Shown piece by piece: positions 30,905 to 46,200 of a stretch of 64,000 nt of DNA (position 1 is its first letter; every line of letters begins with the position of its first letter). The notes beneath the pieces were generated by a model. That model saw nothing but the letters and a program-made list of their open reading frames with translations, was not told the DNA's origin and did not search any database. The position numbers and the translations under genes are program-made. Location: the NCBI GenBank assembly GCA_030390025.1, contig JASTWF010000034.1, positions 4,154,001-4,218,000 of the forward strand. The letters are read 5' to 3'. The DNA comes from Squalus acanthias. Its lineage: Eukaryota.

Positions 30905-33900
30905 ATGCGCTCTACAACGGTAAATAAAGTTACAGTTAAATGGTAATTGAGACATGATGCCCTCTACAACGGAGAATAAAGTTACAGTTAGTTTTTAATT
31001 TAGACATGAGTCCCTCTACACAGGGTAATGAAGTTTCAGTTAGTTTTTAATTTAGGCATGATACCCTGTATACCGGGAAATAAAGATAGAGTTAATTGTT
31101 AATTTTTCATGATGTCCTCTGCACCGGGAAAAAAAGTTAAAGTTAATTGTTAATTTTATATATGATACCCTCTACACTGGGGAATACAGTTATAGTTAAT
31201 TGTTAATTTAGACATGATACCTTCTACAAAGGGGAATAAAGTTACATTTAATGGTTTATTTAGACATGATACCCTCCACACCGGGGAATATAGTTACAGT
31301 TAATTGATAATTTTGACATGATACCTTCTACAAAGGGGAATAAAGTTACATTTAATGGTTTATTTAGACATGATACCCTCTACACCGGGGAATAAAGTTA
31401 CAGTTAATTGTTGAATTGACATGAAACCGGGTACACTGTGGAACAAATTTACAGTCATTATTTTAACATGATAATCTCTACACCGGGGAATAAATTTACA
31501 GTTACTTGTTAATTTCGACATGATACCTTCTGCACAGTTGAATAAACTTACAGTTAATTGTTAATTTGATATTATGCCCTCTAAACCAGGGACTAAAGTT
31601 ACAGTTAATTGTTAATTTAAACATGATGCCCTCCACATCGGGGAATAAAGTATAGTTAATTGTTAATTTAAGCATGATGCCCTCTATACTGGGGAATAAA
31701 GTTACAGCAAATTGTCAATTGAGACAGGATTCCTTCAACACCGGGGAATATAGTTACAGTTAATTGTTAATTTAGACATAATTCCTTCTCCATCGGGGAA
31801 TATAGTTACAGTTAATTGTTAATTTAGACATGATACCCTCTAAACCGGGGTATAAAGATACATTTAATGGTTTATTTAAACATGATTCCCTTGACACCGG
31901 GGAATATAGATACAGTTAATTGCTAATTTTGATACATTGCCCTCTACACCGGGAAATAAAGTTACAGTTAATTGTTAATTTGATATCATACCCTCTACAC
32001 CGGGGAATAAAGATAAAGTTAATTGTTAATTTGATATGATATCCTCTACACCGGGGAGTAAAGTTATAGTTAATTGTTAATTTAGACATGATGCCTTCTA
32101 CAAAGGGGAATAAAGTTACATTTAATTGATAATATTGCCATAATACCCTCTGCACCGGGAAATAAAGTTACAGTTAATTGTTAATTTAGACGGGATACCC
32201 TCTACACCGGGGAATAAAGTTACATTTAATTGTTAATTTAGACATGATACCCTCTAAACCGGGAATAAAGTTACATTTAATTTATTTATTTAGACATGAT
32301 TCCCTTGACACCGGGGAAATTAGTTACAGTTAATTGCTAATTTTGATATAATGCCCTCTACACCGGGACATAAAGTTACAGTTAATTGTTAATTTGATAT
32401 GATATCCTCTACACCTGGGAATAAAGTTATAGTTAATTGTTAATTTAGACATGATGCCTTCTACAAAGGGGAATGACGTTACATTTAATGGTTTATTTAG
32501 ACATGATGCCCTCCACACCGGGGAATATAGTTGCAGTAAATTGATAATATTGCCATAATACCCTCTACACCGGGAAATAAAGTTACAGTTAATTGTTAAT
32601 TTAGACGGGATACCCTCTGCACCAGGGAAGAAAGTTACAGTTAATAGTTAATTTGACATGATGCCCTCTACACCAGTGAACAAACTTTCAATTAATTATT
32701 AATTTCGGCAAGATGCCCTCTACATTGTTGAATAAAGTTACAGTTAATTGTTAATTTAGACATAATGTACTCTACACCAGGAAATATAGATACAGTGAGT
32801 TGTTAATTTGACATGATTCCCTCTACACCGGGAATAAAGTTACACTTAATTGTTAATTCGACATGATACACTTTAAACTGGGAATAAAGTTATAATTAAT
32901 TGTTAATTTAGACATGGTGCCCTATACACCGGGTAATAAAGTTACAGTTAATCGTTAATATGAAATGATGCCCTCGAAACTGTGGAATAAATTTAAAGTT
33001 AATTGTGAATATGACGTGATACTCACTATACTGGGGAATAAAGTTACAGTTGATTGTGAATTTGACATGAGACCCTTTACACTGTTGAATACTGTAATAG
33101 TCATTTTTATAAGGCTTGGTAACCTCTACACCGGGCAATAAAGTTACAGTAAATAGTTAATTAAGACATGATACCCTCTACACCGAGAAGTAAAGTTAGA
33201 GTTAAATATTAATTTGACATGATTGCCTCTGCACCGGGGAATAAACTTATAATTAATTGTTAATTTGACATGATGCACGCAACACCAGGGAATAAAGTTA
33301 CATTGAATTGTTAATTTAGACATGATGCACGCTATTCCAGGGAATGAAGTTACAGTTAATTGTTAATTTGACTTGATGTCCTCTACACCGGGGAATAAAT
33401 TTGCAGTTAACTGTTAATTTAGTCATGATACCTTCTAAACAGGGGCATGCAGTTACAGTTAATTGTTAATTTTTACATGAGGCACTCTACAGAGGGAAAT
33501 AAAGTTACAGTTAATTGTTAATTCAGACATGATACCCTGTATACCGGGGAATAAAGTTACAGTTAATTGTTAATTTGGCATGATGCCCTCTTCACCGGGG
33601 AATTAACATTACAGATGATTGTTTATTTAACTTGATGTCCTCTACACCGGGAATAAATTTACAGTTGACTGTTAATTTAAACAGAATACCATCTACAACG
33701 GGGAATAATATTAAAGTTAATTATTAATTTGATATGATACCCTCTTCACCAGAGTATAAATTTACAGCTCATTTTTAATTTAGACATGTTATCCTCTACA
33801 CCAGGGATTAAAGTCGCATTTAATTGTTAATTTAGACATGATTCCCTCCACACCGGGGAATATAGTTACAGTTAATTGCTAATTTAGACATGATTCCCTC

Positions 33901-35619
33901 TAAACCGGGGAATAAAGTTACAGTTAATTGTTAATGTAGACATGATGCCCTCTGCACCGGGGAATAAAGTTACAATTAATTGTTAATTTAGACATGCTAT
34001 CCTCTTCCCCAGGGAATAATCTTACAATTAATTGTTAACTTAAACATCATACCCTCCACACCGAGGAATATAGTTACAGTTAATTGCTAATTTTTCAATG
34101 AAGCGCTCTACACAGGGAAATAAAGTTACAGTTCATTGTTAATTGAGACATGATCACCTCTACACCGGGGAATAAAGTTACAGTGTATTGTTAATTTAGA
34201 CATGATTCACTCTACACCGGGGAATGAAGTTACATGTTTTGTTAATTTGACATGATTCACACAACACCAGGGAATAAAGTTAGAGTTAATTATTTATTTG
34301 ACATGATGCCAACTATATTGGGGAATATAGAGTTAATTTTTAATTTGTCATGAAAACATCTACACTGGGGAAAAAAGTTACAGTTGATTGTTAATTTTCC
34401 ATGATACCCTCTACACCGGGGAATAAAGTTACAGTAAATTGTTAATTTATGCATGATACCCTCTACACCGAGGAGGAAAGTTACAGTTAAATATTAATTT
34501 GACATGATTGCCTCTGCACCGGATAATAAACTTATATTTAATTGTTAATTTGACATGATGCAGTCTACACCAGGGAATAAAGTTACATTGAATTGCTAAT
34601 TTAGACATGATTCCCGCTATTCCAGGGAATGAAGTTACAGTTAATTGTTAATTTGGCATGATGCCCTCTACACCGGGAATAAAGTTATAGTTAATTGTTA
34701 ATTTAGACATGATACCCTCTGCACCGGGGAGTTAAAATAACAGATCATTGTTTATTTGAATTGATGTCCTCTACATCGGGGAATAACATTAAAGTTAATT
34801 AATAATTTGATATGATACCCTCTTCAGCAGAGTATAAAGTTACAGTTAATTTTTAATTTAGACATGATATCCTCTCCACCAGGGAATAAAGTCACATTTA
34901 ATTGTTAATTTAGACATGATTCCCTCCACACCGGGGAATATAGTTGCAGCTAATTGCTAATTTAGACATGATGCCCTCTAAACCGGGGAATAAAGTTACA
35001 GTTAGTTTAGACATAATACCCTCTACAGCGAGGAATAAAGATACAGTTAAATGTTAATTTAACATAATACCCCCTACACCGGGGAATTAAGTTGCAGTTA
35101 ATTGTTAATTTAACATGATACCCTCTACACTGGGGAATAAAGTTACAGTTGATTGTGAATTTGACATGATAACCTTCACACTGGGGAGTACTGAGACAGT
35201 CAATTGTTTAAAAGACTTGATAACTTCTGCACCAGGCAATAAAGTTACAGTAAATTGTTAATTCAGATATGATACCCTCTACACCGAGGAGTAAAGTTAC
35301 TGTCAAACATTAAGTTGACATGATTGCCTCTGTATCGGGGAATAAACTTACATTTAATTGTTAATTTGATATGATGCCCTCTACACTGGGGAATAAAGTT
35401 ACAGTTAATTGTTAATTTAGACATGATACCGTCTACAACGAGGAATAAAATTACATTTAATTGTTAATTTTGACATCATTCCCGCTACAACGCATAATAT
35501 AGTTACAGTTATTTGCTAATTTTTACATGATGCGCTCTACACAGGGAAATAAAGTTAGAGTTAATTGTTAATTTGACATGATGCCCTCTACACCGGGGAA
35601 TAAAGTTAGAGTTAATTGT

Positions 35620-37200
35620 TAATTTGACATGCTGCCCAATATATTGGGGAATAAATTTAAAGTTAATTTTTAATTTGTAACAGTTTATGTTAATTTGACA
35701 TGATGTACTCTACACCAGGAAATAAAGTTGCATTGAATTCTTAATTTAGACATGATTCCTGCTATTCCAGGGAATGAAGTTACAGTTAATTGTTAATTTA
35801 GAAATGATTCCCTCTAAACCAGGGAATAAGGTTACAGTTAATTGTTAATTTCGACATGAAACCCTCTACACCCGGTAATTAACAGTTAATTGCAAATTTT
35901 GACATGATATCCTCTACTCCATGGAATAAAGCTACAGTTATGTGTTAATTTAGTGAAGACGCCCTCAACACCGTGGAATAAAGTTACTGTTCATTGTAAA
36001 TTTTGACATGATATCCTCTACACCAGGGAATAAAGTTACAGTTAAGTGTTAATTTAGAGAAGATGCCCTCTACACGGGGATTAAAATTACAGTAAATTGT
36101 TAATTTTGACATGAAGCCCTCTACAACGGGGAACAAAGTTTCAGTTAATTGTTAATTTCGAGAAGATGCCCTCTACATTGTTGAATAATGTTACAGTTAA
36201 TTGTTAATTTTGACATGAAGCCCTCTACACCGGGGAAAGCAGTTACAGTTAATTGTTAATTTAGACATGATTCCCTCTACACTGGGAAAGAAAGTTAGAG
36301 TTAATTATTAATTTGACATGATTCCTTCTACACCAGGAAATGAAGTTACATGTAATTGTTAATATGACATGAGACCCTCTACACCAGGGAATAAAGTTTG
36401 AGTAAATTGTTAATTTAGACATGATTCCCTCTACACCGGAAAATTAACTTACATTTAATTGTTAATTTGACATGATGCCCAATATATTGGGGAATAAATT
36501 TAAAGTTAATTTTTAATTTGTAACAGTTTATTTTAATTTGACATGATGTACTCTACACCAGGAAATAAAGTTGCATTGAATTCTTAATTTAGACAAGATT
36601 CCCGCTATTCCAGGGAATGAAGTTACAGTTAATTGTTAATTTAGAAATGATTCCCTCTAAACCGGGGAATAAGGTTACAGTTAATTGTTAATTTCGACAT
36701 GAAACCCTCTACACCCGGTAATTAACAGTTAATTGCAAATTTTTACATGATATCCTCTACTCCATGGAATAAAGTTACAGTTATATGTTAATTTAGTGAA
36801 GACGCCCTCAACACCGTGGAATAAAGTTACAGTTCATTGTAAATTTTGACATGATATCCTCTACACCAGGGAATATAGTTACAGTTAAGTGTTAATTTAG
36901 AGAAGATGCCCTCTACACCGGGGATTAAAATTACAGTAAATTGTTAATTTTGACATGAAGCCCTCTACAACGGGGAACAAAGTTTCAGTTAATTGTTAAT
37001 TTCGAGGAGATGCCCTCTACATTGTTGAATAATGTTACAGTTAATTGTTAATTTTGACATGAAGCCCTCTACACCGGGGAATAAAGTTAATGTCAATTGT
37101 TAATTTAGACATGATTCCCTCTACACCAGGAAATGAAGTTACATGTAATTGTTAATTTGACATGAGACCCTCTACACCGGGGAATAAAGTTAAAGTTAAT
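35620..37200. repeat. Tandem duplication of a ~0.84 kb monomer block
   Basis: ATATTGGGGAATAAATTTAAAGTTAATTTTTAATTTGTAACAGTTTA at ~35641 and ~36483; TTAGTGAAGACGCCCTCAAC at ~35950 and ~36793. Confidence 0.85.
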
Positions 37201-40200
37201 TGTTAATTTGGACATGATACCCTCTACACCGAGGAATAAAATTATATTTATTTGTTAATTTTGACATGATTCCTGCTACACCGCGTAATATAGTTACAGT
37301 TATTTGCTAATGTTTACATGATGCACTCTACACAGGGAAATAATATTAAAGATAATTGTTAATTCAGAAATGATACCCTGTATACCAGGGAATAAAGTTA
37401 CAGTTAATTGTTAATTTGACATGATGCCCTCTACACCGGGAAATAAAGTTAGAGTTAATTGTTAATTTGACATGATGCCCAATACACTGGGAAATAAATT
37501 TAAAGTTAATTTTTAATTTGTCATGAAAACATCTCCACTGGGGAAAAAAGTTACAGTTGATTGTTAATTTTACATGATACCCTCTACACCGGGGAATAAA
37601 GTTACAGTTAATTGTTAATTTGTCCTGATAACCTCTGGAACGGGAATTTAAAATGAGAGTTAATTGTTAATGTAGACATGTTACCCTCTACAACGGTAAT
37701 AAAATTAAAGTTATGAATTTGATATGATAACGTCTTCACGAGGGTATAAAGTTACAGTTAATTGTTAATTTAGACATGATATCCTCTACACCGGGGAATA
37801 ATGTTACAGTTAATTGTTAATTTGACATGATTCCCTCTACACCAGGAAATGAAGTTACATGTAATTGTTAATTTGACATGATACCCTCTACACCGGGTAA
37901 TAAAGTTACAGTTAATTGATAATTTAGACATGATTCCCTCTACACCAGGAAATGAATTTACATGTAATTGTTAATTAGACATGATGCCCTCTACACTGAG
38001 GAATAAAAGTACATTTATTTGTTAATTTTGACATGATTCCCGCTGCACCGCGTAATATAGTTACAATTATTTGCTCATTTTTACATGATGCACTCTACAC
38101 AGGGAAATAAAGTTACAGTTAATTGTTAATTCAGACATGATACCCTGTATACCGGGGAATAAAGTTACACTTAATTGTGGATTTGTCATGATGCCCAATA
38201 CACTGGGGAATAAATTTAAATTTAACTTTTAATTTGTCATGAAAACATCTACACTGGGGAAAAAAGTTACAGTTGATTGTTCATTTTACATGATACCCTC
38301 TACAGCGGGGAATAAAGTTACAGTAAATTGTTAATTTAGACATGATACCCTCTACACCGAGGAGTAAAGTTACAGTTAAATATTAATTTGACATGATTGC
38401 CTCTGCACCGGGGAATAAACTTATATTTAATTGTTAATTTGACATGATGCAGTCTGCACCAGCGAATAAAGTTACATTGAATTGTTAATTTAGACATGAT
38501 TCACGCTATTCCAGGAAATGAAGATACAGTTACTTTTTAATTTGGCATGATGCACTCTACACCGGGAATAAAGTTACAGTTAATTGTTAATTTAGACATG
38601 ATAACCTCTACACCGGGGAATTAAAATAACAGATAATTTTTTATTTGACTTGATGTCCTCTACACCGGGGAATAACATTAATGTTAATTAATAATTTGAT
38701 ATGATACCCTCTTCACCAGAGTATAAAGTTACAGTTAATTTTTAATTTAGACATGATATCCTCTACACCAGGGAATAAAGTCACATTTAATTGTTAATTT
38801 AGACATGATTCCCTCCACACCGGGGAATATAGTTACAGTTAATTGCTAATTTAGACATGATACCCTCTACAGCGAGGAATAAAGATACAGTTAAATTTTA
38901 CTTTAACATGATACCCTCTACATCGGGGAATGAAGTTACAGTTAATTGTTAATTTAGAAATTATTCCCTGTAAACCGAGTAATAAAGTTACACTTAATTA
39001 TTAATTTGACATGATACACTTTAAAACAGGGAATAAAGTTAAAAATAATTGTTAATTTAGACATGATGCCCTCTACACTGGGTAATAAAGTTACAGTTAA
39101 TTGTTAATTTGACATGATACCCTCGAAACTGGGGAATTTAGTTAAAGGTAATTGTTAATTTGACATGATACTCTCTATACTGGGGAATAAAGTTACAGTT
39201 GATAGTGAATTTGACATGATAACCTTGAAACTGGGGCATACTGTAACAGTCAATTGTTTATAAAACTTGATAACCTCTACACCGGGCAATAAAGTTACAG
39301 TAAATTGTTAACTAAGACCTGATACCCTCTACACCGAGGAGTAAAGTTACAGTTAAATATTAATTTGACATGATTGCCTCTGCGCCGGGGAATAAACTTA
39401 CAGTTAATTTTTAATTTGACATGATGCACTGTACACCAGGGAATAAAGTTACATTGAATTTGTTAATTTAGACATGATTCCCGCTATTCCAGGGAATGAA
39501 GTTACAGTTAATTGTTAATTTGGCATGATGCCCTCTACACCGGGAATAAAGTTACAGTTAATTGTTAATTTAGACATGATGCCCTCTACACCGGGGAATT
39601 AAAATTACAGATAATTGTTTATTTGATTTGATGTCCTCTACACCTGGGACTACAGTTACAGATAATTGTTAATTGAGACATGATACCCTCCACACCGGGG
39701 AATTAAGTTACAGTTAATTGCTAATTTAGACCTGATGCCCTCTATACCGGGGAATAAAGTTACAGTTAATTGTTAATTTAGACATGATGCCCTCTACACC
39801 GGGGAATAAAGTTAATGTTAATTGTTAATTTAGACATGATACCTTCTACATAGGAGAATTGAGTTACAGTTAATTGTTAAATTAGCCATGCTTCCCTGCA
39901 CACCGGGGAATAAAGTTACATTTAATTGTTAATTTGACATGATATCCTCTGCACCGGGTATAAAGTTACGGTTAATTGTTAATTTAGAAATCATTCCCTC
40001 GAAACCGGGGAATAAAGTTACACTTAATTGGTAATTTGACATAACAATCTCTACACTAGGGAATAAAGTTACAGTTAATTGTTAACTGAGACATGATACG
40101 CTCTACAAAGGGGAATTAAAATTACAGTTAATTGTTAATTTGAAATGATGCCCTCGACACTGGTGAAAAAATATTAAAGTTAATTGTTAATTTATCATGA

Positions 40201-43180
40201 TACCCTCTACACTGGGGAATTATGTTACAGTTGATTGTGAATTTGACATGAAAGCCTTTACACTGGGGAATATTGTAATATTCAATTGTGTATCAGACTT
40301 GATAACCTTTACTTCGGGCAATAAAGTTACAGTGAGTTTTTAATTTAGACATGATATCCTCAACAACGAGCAATAAAATTACAGTTAATTGTTAATTTGA
40401 CATGATGCACTCTACACCAGGGAATAAAGTTACATTGAATTGTTAATTTAGGCATGATTCCCGCTATTCCAGGGAATGAAGTTACAGTTAATTGTAAATT
40501 TGACATGATGCCATCAACACCGGGAATAAAGTTACAGTTAATTGTTAATTTACACATGATACCCTCTGCACCGGGGAATAAAGTTACAGTTAATTGTTAA
40601 TTTAGACATAATACCCTCTGCACCGGGGAATAACATTAATGTTAATTAATAATTTGATATGATACCCTCTTCACCAGAGTATAAAGTTGCAGTTAATTTT
40701 TAATTTAGACATGATATCCTCTACACCAGGGAATAAAGTCACATTTAATTGTTAATTTAGACATGATTCCCTCCACATCGGGGAATGAAGTTACAGTTAA
40801 TTGTTAATTTAGAAATTATTCCCTCTAAATCGAGTAATAAAGTTACACTTAATTATTAATTTGACATGATACACTTTAAAACAGGGAATAAAGTTAAAAT
40901 TAATTGTTAATTTAGACATGATGCCCTCTACAGTCGGTAATAAAGTTACAGTTAATTGTTAATTTGACATGATACTCTCTATACTGGGGAATAAAGTTAC
41001 AGTTGATAGTGAATTTGACATGATAACCTTGAAACTGGGGCATACTGTAACAGTCAATTGTTTATAAAACTTGATAACCTCTACACCGGGCAATAAAGTT
41101 ACAGTAAATTGTTAACTAAGACCTGATACCCTCTACACCGAGGAGTAAAGTTACAGTTAAATATTAATTTGACATGATTGCCTCTGCGCCGGGGAATAAA
41201 CTTACAGTTAATTTTTAATTTGACATGATGCACTGTACACCAGGGAATAAAGTTACATTGAATTTGTTAATTTAGACATGATTCCCGCTATTCCAGGGAA
41301 TGAAGTTACAGTTAATTGTTAATTTGGCATGATGCCCTCTACACCGGGAATAAAGTTACAGTTAATTGTTAATTTAGACATGATGCCCTCTACACCGGGG
41401 AATTAAAATTACAGATAATTGTTTATTTGATTTGATGTCCTCTACACCTGGGACTACAGTTACAGATAATTGTTAATTGAGACATGATACCCTCCACACC
41501 GGGGAATTAAGTTACAGTTAATTGTTAATTTAGACATGATGCCCTCTACACCGTGGAATAAAGTTACTGTTAATTGTTAATTTAGATATGATACCTTCTA
41601 CACAGGAGAATTGAGTTACAATTAATTGTTAAATTAGCCATGCTTCCCTGCACACCGGGGAATAAAGTTACATTTAATTGTTAATTTGACATGATATCCT
41701 CTGCACCGGGTATAAAGTTACGGTTAATTGTTAATTTAGAAATCATTCCCTCGAAACCGGGGAATAAAGTTACACTTAATTGGTAATTTGACATAACAGT
41801 CTCTACACTAGGGAATAAAGTTACAGTTAATTGTTAACTAAGACATGATACGCTCTACAAAGGGGAATCAAAATTACAGTTAATAGTTAATTTGAAATGA
41901 TGCCCTCGACACTGGTGAAAAAATATTAAAGTTAATTGTTAATTTATCATGATACCCTCTACACTGGGGAATTATGTTACAGTTGATTGTGAATATGACA
42001 TGAAACCCTTTACACTGGGGAATATTGTAATATTCAATTGTGTATCAGACTTGATAACCTTTACTTCGGGCAATAAAGTTACAGTGATTTTTTAATTTAG
42101 ACATGATATCCTCAACAACGAGCAATAAAATTACAGTTAATTGTTAATTTGACATGATGCACTCTACACCAGGGAATAAAGTTACATTGAATTGTTAATT
42201 TAGGCATGATTCCCGCTATTCCAGGGAATGGAGTTACAGTTAATTGTTAATTTGACATGATGCCATCAACACCGGGAATAAAGTCACAGTTACTTGTTAA
42301 TTTACACATGATACCCTCTGCACCGGGGAATAAATTTACAGTTAATTGTTAATTTAGACATGATACCCTCTACAACGGGGTATAACATTAAAGTTAATTA
42401 TTTATTTGATATGATACCCTCTTTACCAGGGTATAGAGTTACAATTAATTGTTAATTTAGACATGATATCCTCTACACCGGGGAATAAAGTTAGAGTTAA
42501 TTGTTAATCTGACATGATGCCCACTACACTGGGGAATAAATTTAAAGTTAATTTTAAATTTGTCATGAAAACATCTACAATGGGGAAAAAAAGTTAAAGT
42601 TGATTATTAATTTTACTTGATTACCTCTACACCGGGAATAAAGTTACAGTTACTTGTTAATTTAGACATGATACCCTCTGCAACGGGGAATTAAATTTAG
42701 AGTTATTTGTTAATTTGACATGATACACTCTACACCGGTGAATAAAGTTACATTTAATTGTTAATTTAGACATGATACCCTCTACAACGGGGTATAGCAT
42801 TAAAGTTAATTATTTATTTGATATGATACCCTCTTTACCAGTGTATAAAGTTACAGTTACTTGTTAATTTTGACATGAAATAATCTACACCGGGGAATAA
42901 AATTACAGTTAATTGTTAATTTAGACATGATACCCTCTACACTGGCAATGAAGATACAGTTAATTGTTAATTTAGACATGATTCCCTCTACTCCGGGGAA
43001 TGAAGTTACAGTTAATTGTTAATTTAGAAATGATTTCCTCTAAACCGGGGAATAAAGTTGCACTTAATTGTTAATTTGACATGATACACTCTACAACAGG
43101 GAATAAATTTACAGATCATTTTTAACTTAGACATGATGCCCTCTGCACAAGGAATAACGTTACAGTTTACTGTTAATTAA

Positions 43181-43250
43181 GATCCCGGTTGAGGCCGTCC
43201 TCATTGGTGCGTAACTTGGCTATCAGTTTCTGCTCGACGATTTTGCGTTG
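43181..43250 (-). mobile_element. ~70-bp fragment resembling C-terminus of a Penelope-like GIY-YIG endonuclease, copy 1
   Basis: Non-satellite, GC-richer insert; minus strand reads QRKIVEQKLIAKLRTNEDGLNRD, matching the E..LI....T...GLN end motif of Penelope-type GIY-YIG domains (recognised from memory). Confidence 0.75.
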
Positions 43251-46200
43251 TCTACACCTGGGAATACATTTACAGTGAATTGTTAATTTAGACACGATTC
43301 CCTCTACACTGGGGAATAAAGTTACAGTTAATTGTTAATTTTGAAATGATGCCCTCTATACCGGTGACTAACGTTACAGTTAATTGTTAATTTCGAAAAG
43401 ATGCCCTCTACATTGTTGAATAAAGTTTCAGTTAATTGTTAATTTCTACAAGATGCTCTCTACATTTTTAAATAAAGTTACAGTGAATTGTTAATTTCGA
43501 CATTATTCCCTCTACACCGGGGAATGACGTTACAGTTAATTCTTAACTTGACATGATGCACTCTGCACCGGGAATAAAGTAACAGTTAATGGTTAATTTA
43601 GAAATGATTCCCTCTACACCGGGGAATTACAATTACAGTTAATTGTTAATTTGACATGATGGCTTCTACACCATGGAATAAAGTTGAAGTTACTTTTGTA
43701 TTTGATATGTTACGCTCTACACCAGGGAATAATGTTGCAGTTAATTGGTAACATAAACATCAAACCCTCCACACTGGGGAATAAAGTTACAGTTTACTGT
43801 TTATTTAGAAATGATATCCTCTACACCGGGGAATAATGTTACAGTTAATTGTTAATTTGACATGATTCCCTCTACACCAGGAAATGAAGTTACATGTAAT
43901 TGTTAATTTGACATGATACCCTCTACACCGGGGAATAAAGTTACAGTTAATTGTTAATTTAGACATGATTCCCTCTACACCAGGAAATTAAGTTACATGT
44001 AATTGTTAATTAGACATGATGCCCTCCACACTGAGGAATAAAAGTACATTTATTTGTTAATTTTGACATGATTCCCGCTGCACCACGTAATATAGTTACA
44101 ATTATTTGCTCATTTTTACATGATGCACTTTACACAGGGAAATAAAGTTGCAGTTAATTGTTAATTCAGACATGATACCCTGTATACCGGGGAATAAAGT
44201 TACACTTAATTGTGGATTTGACATGATGCCCAATACACTGGGGAATAAATTTAAATTTAATTTTTAATTTGTCATGAAAACATCTACACTGGGGAAAAAG
44301 TTACAGTTGATTGTTCATTTTACATGATACCCTCTACACCGGGGAATAAAGTTACAGTAAATTGTTAATTTAGACATGATACCCTCTACACTGAGGAGTA
44401 AAGTTACAGTTAAATATTTATTTGACATGATTGCCTCTGCCCCGGGGAATAAACTTATATTTAATTGTTAATTTGACATGATGCAGTCTGCACCAGCGAA
44501 TAAAGTTACATTGAATTATTAATTTAGACATGATTCACGCTATTCCAGGAAATGAAGATACAGTTACTTTTTAATTTGGCATGATGCCCTCTACACCGGG
44601 AATAAAGTTACAGTTAATTGTTAATTTAGACATGATAACATCTACACCGGGGAATTAAAATAACAGATAATTTTTTATTTGACTTGATGTCCTCTACACC
44701 GGGGAATAACATTAATGTTAATTAATAATTTGATATGATACCCTCTTCACCAGAGTATAAAGTTACAGTTATTTTTTAATTTAGACATGATATCCTCTAC
44801 ACCAGGGAATAAAGTCACATTTAATTGTTAATTTAGACATGATTCCCTCCACACCGGGTAATATAGTTACAGTTAATTGCTAATTTAGACATGATACCCT
44901 CTACAGCGAGGAATAAAGATACAGTTAAATGTTACTTTAACATGATACCCTCTACATCGGGGAATGAAGGTACAGTTAATTGTTAATTTAGAAATTATTC
45001 CCTCTAAACCGAGTAATAAAGTTACACTTAATTATTAATTTGACATGATACACTTTAAAACAGGGAATAAAGTTAAAATTAATTGTTAATTTAGACATGA
45101 TGCCCTCTACACTGGGTAATAAAGTTACAGTTAATTGTTAATTTGACATGATACCCTCGAAACTGGGGAATAAAGTTAAAGGTAATTGTTAATTTGACAT
45201 GATACTCTCTATACTGGGGAATAAAGTTACAGTTGATAGTGAATTTGACATGATAACCTTGAAACTGGGGCATACTGTAACAGTCAATTGTTTATAAAAC
45301 TTGATAACCTCTACACCGGGCAATAAAGTTACAGTAAATTGTTAACTAAGACCTGATACCCTCTACACCGAGGAGTAAAGTTACAGTTAAATATTAATTT
45401 GACATGATTCCCGCTATTCCAGGGAATGAAGTTACAGTTAATTGTTAATTTGGCATGATGCCCTCTACACCGGGAATAAAGTTACAGTTAATTGTTAATT
45501 TAGACATGATGCCCTCTACACCGGGGAATTAAAATTACAGATAATTGTTTATTTGATTTGATGTCCTCTACACCTGGGACTACAGTTACAGATAATTGTT
45601 AATTGAGACATGATACCCTCCACACCGGGGAATTAGTTACAGTTAATTTCTAATTTAGACCTGATGCCCTCTATACCGGGGAATAAAGTTACAGTTAATA
45701 GTTAATTTAGACATTATGCCCTCTACACTGGGGAATAAATTACAGTTAATTGTTAAATTAGCCATGCTTCCCTGCACACCAGGGAATAAAGTTACAGTTA
45801 ATTGATAATTTAGACATGATTTCCTCTACACTGTGGAATAATGTTACAGTTATTTGTTAATTTTGACATGAAGCCCTCCAGAGTGGGGACTACAGTTACA
45901 GTTAATTGTTAATTTAGACATGATTCCCTCTACACCGGGGAATAAAGTTAGAGTTAATTGTTGATTTGAAATGATGTCCTCTACACCGGGGAATAAAGTT
46001 ACAGTAAATTGTTAATTTAGACATGATTCCCTCTACACCGGGAAATTAATTTACATTTAATTGTTAATTTGACATGATATCCTCTGCACCGGGTATAAAG
46101 TTACGGTTAATTGTTAATTTAGAAATCATTCCCTCGAAACCGGGGAATAAAGTTACACCTAATTGTTAATTTGACATAACAATCTCTACACTAGAGAATA

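Noticed and set aside
30742..30927. 61-aa plus-strand ORF
   Set aside because: Antisense translation of the SINE.
443..45273. Many Cys/His-rich minus-strand ORFs (CRGYHVKLTINCNFIP) resembling zinc-finger repeats
   Set aside because: Translations of the 51-bp (17-codon) monomer; frames break at each 52-bp monomer and spacing does not fit C2H2.
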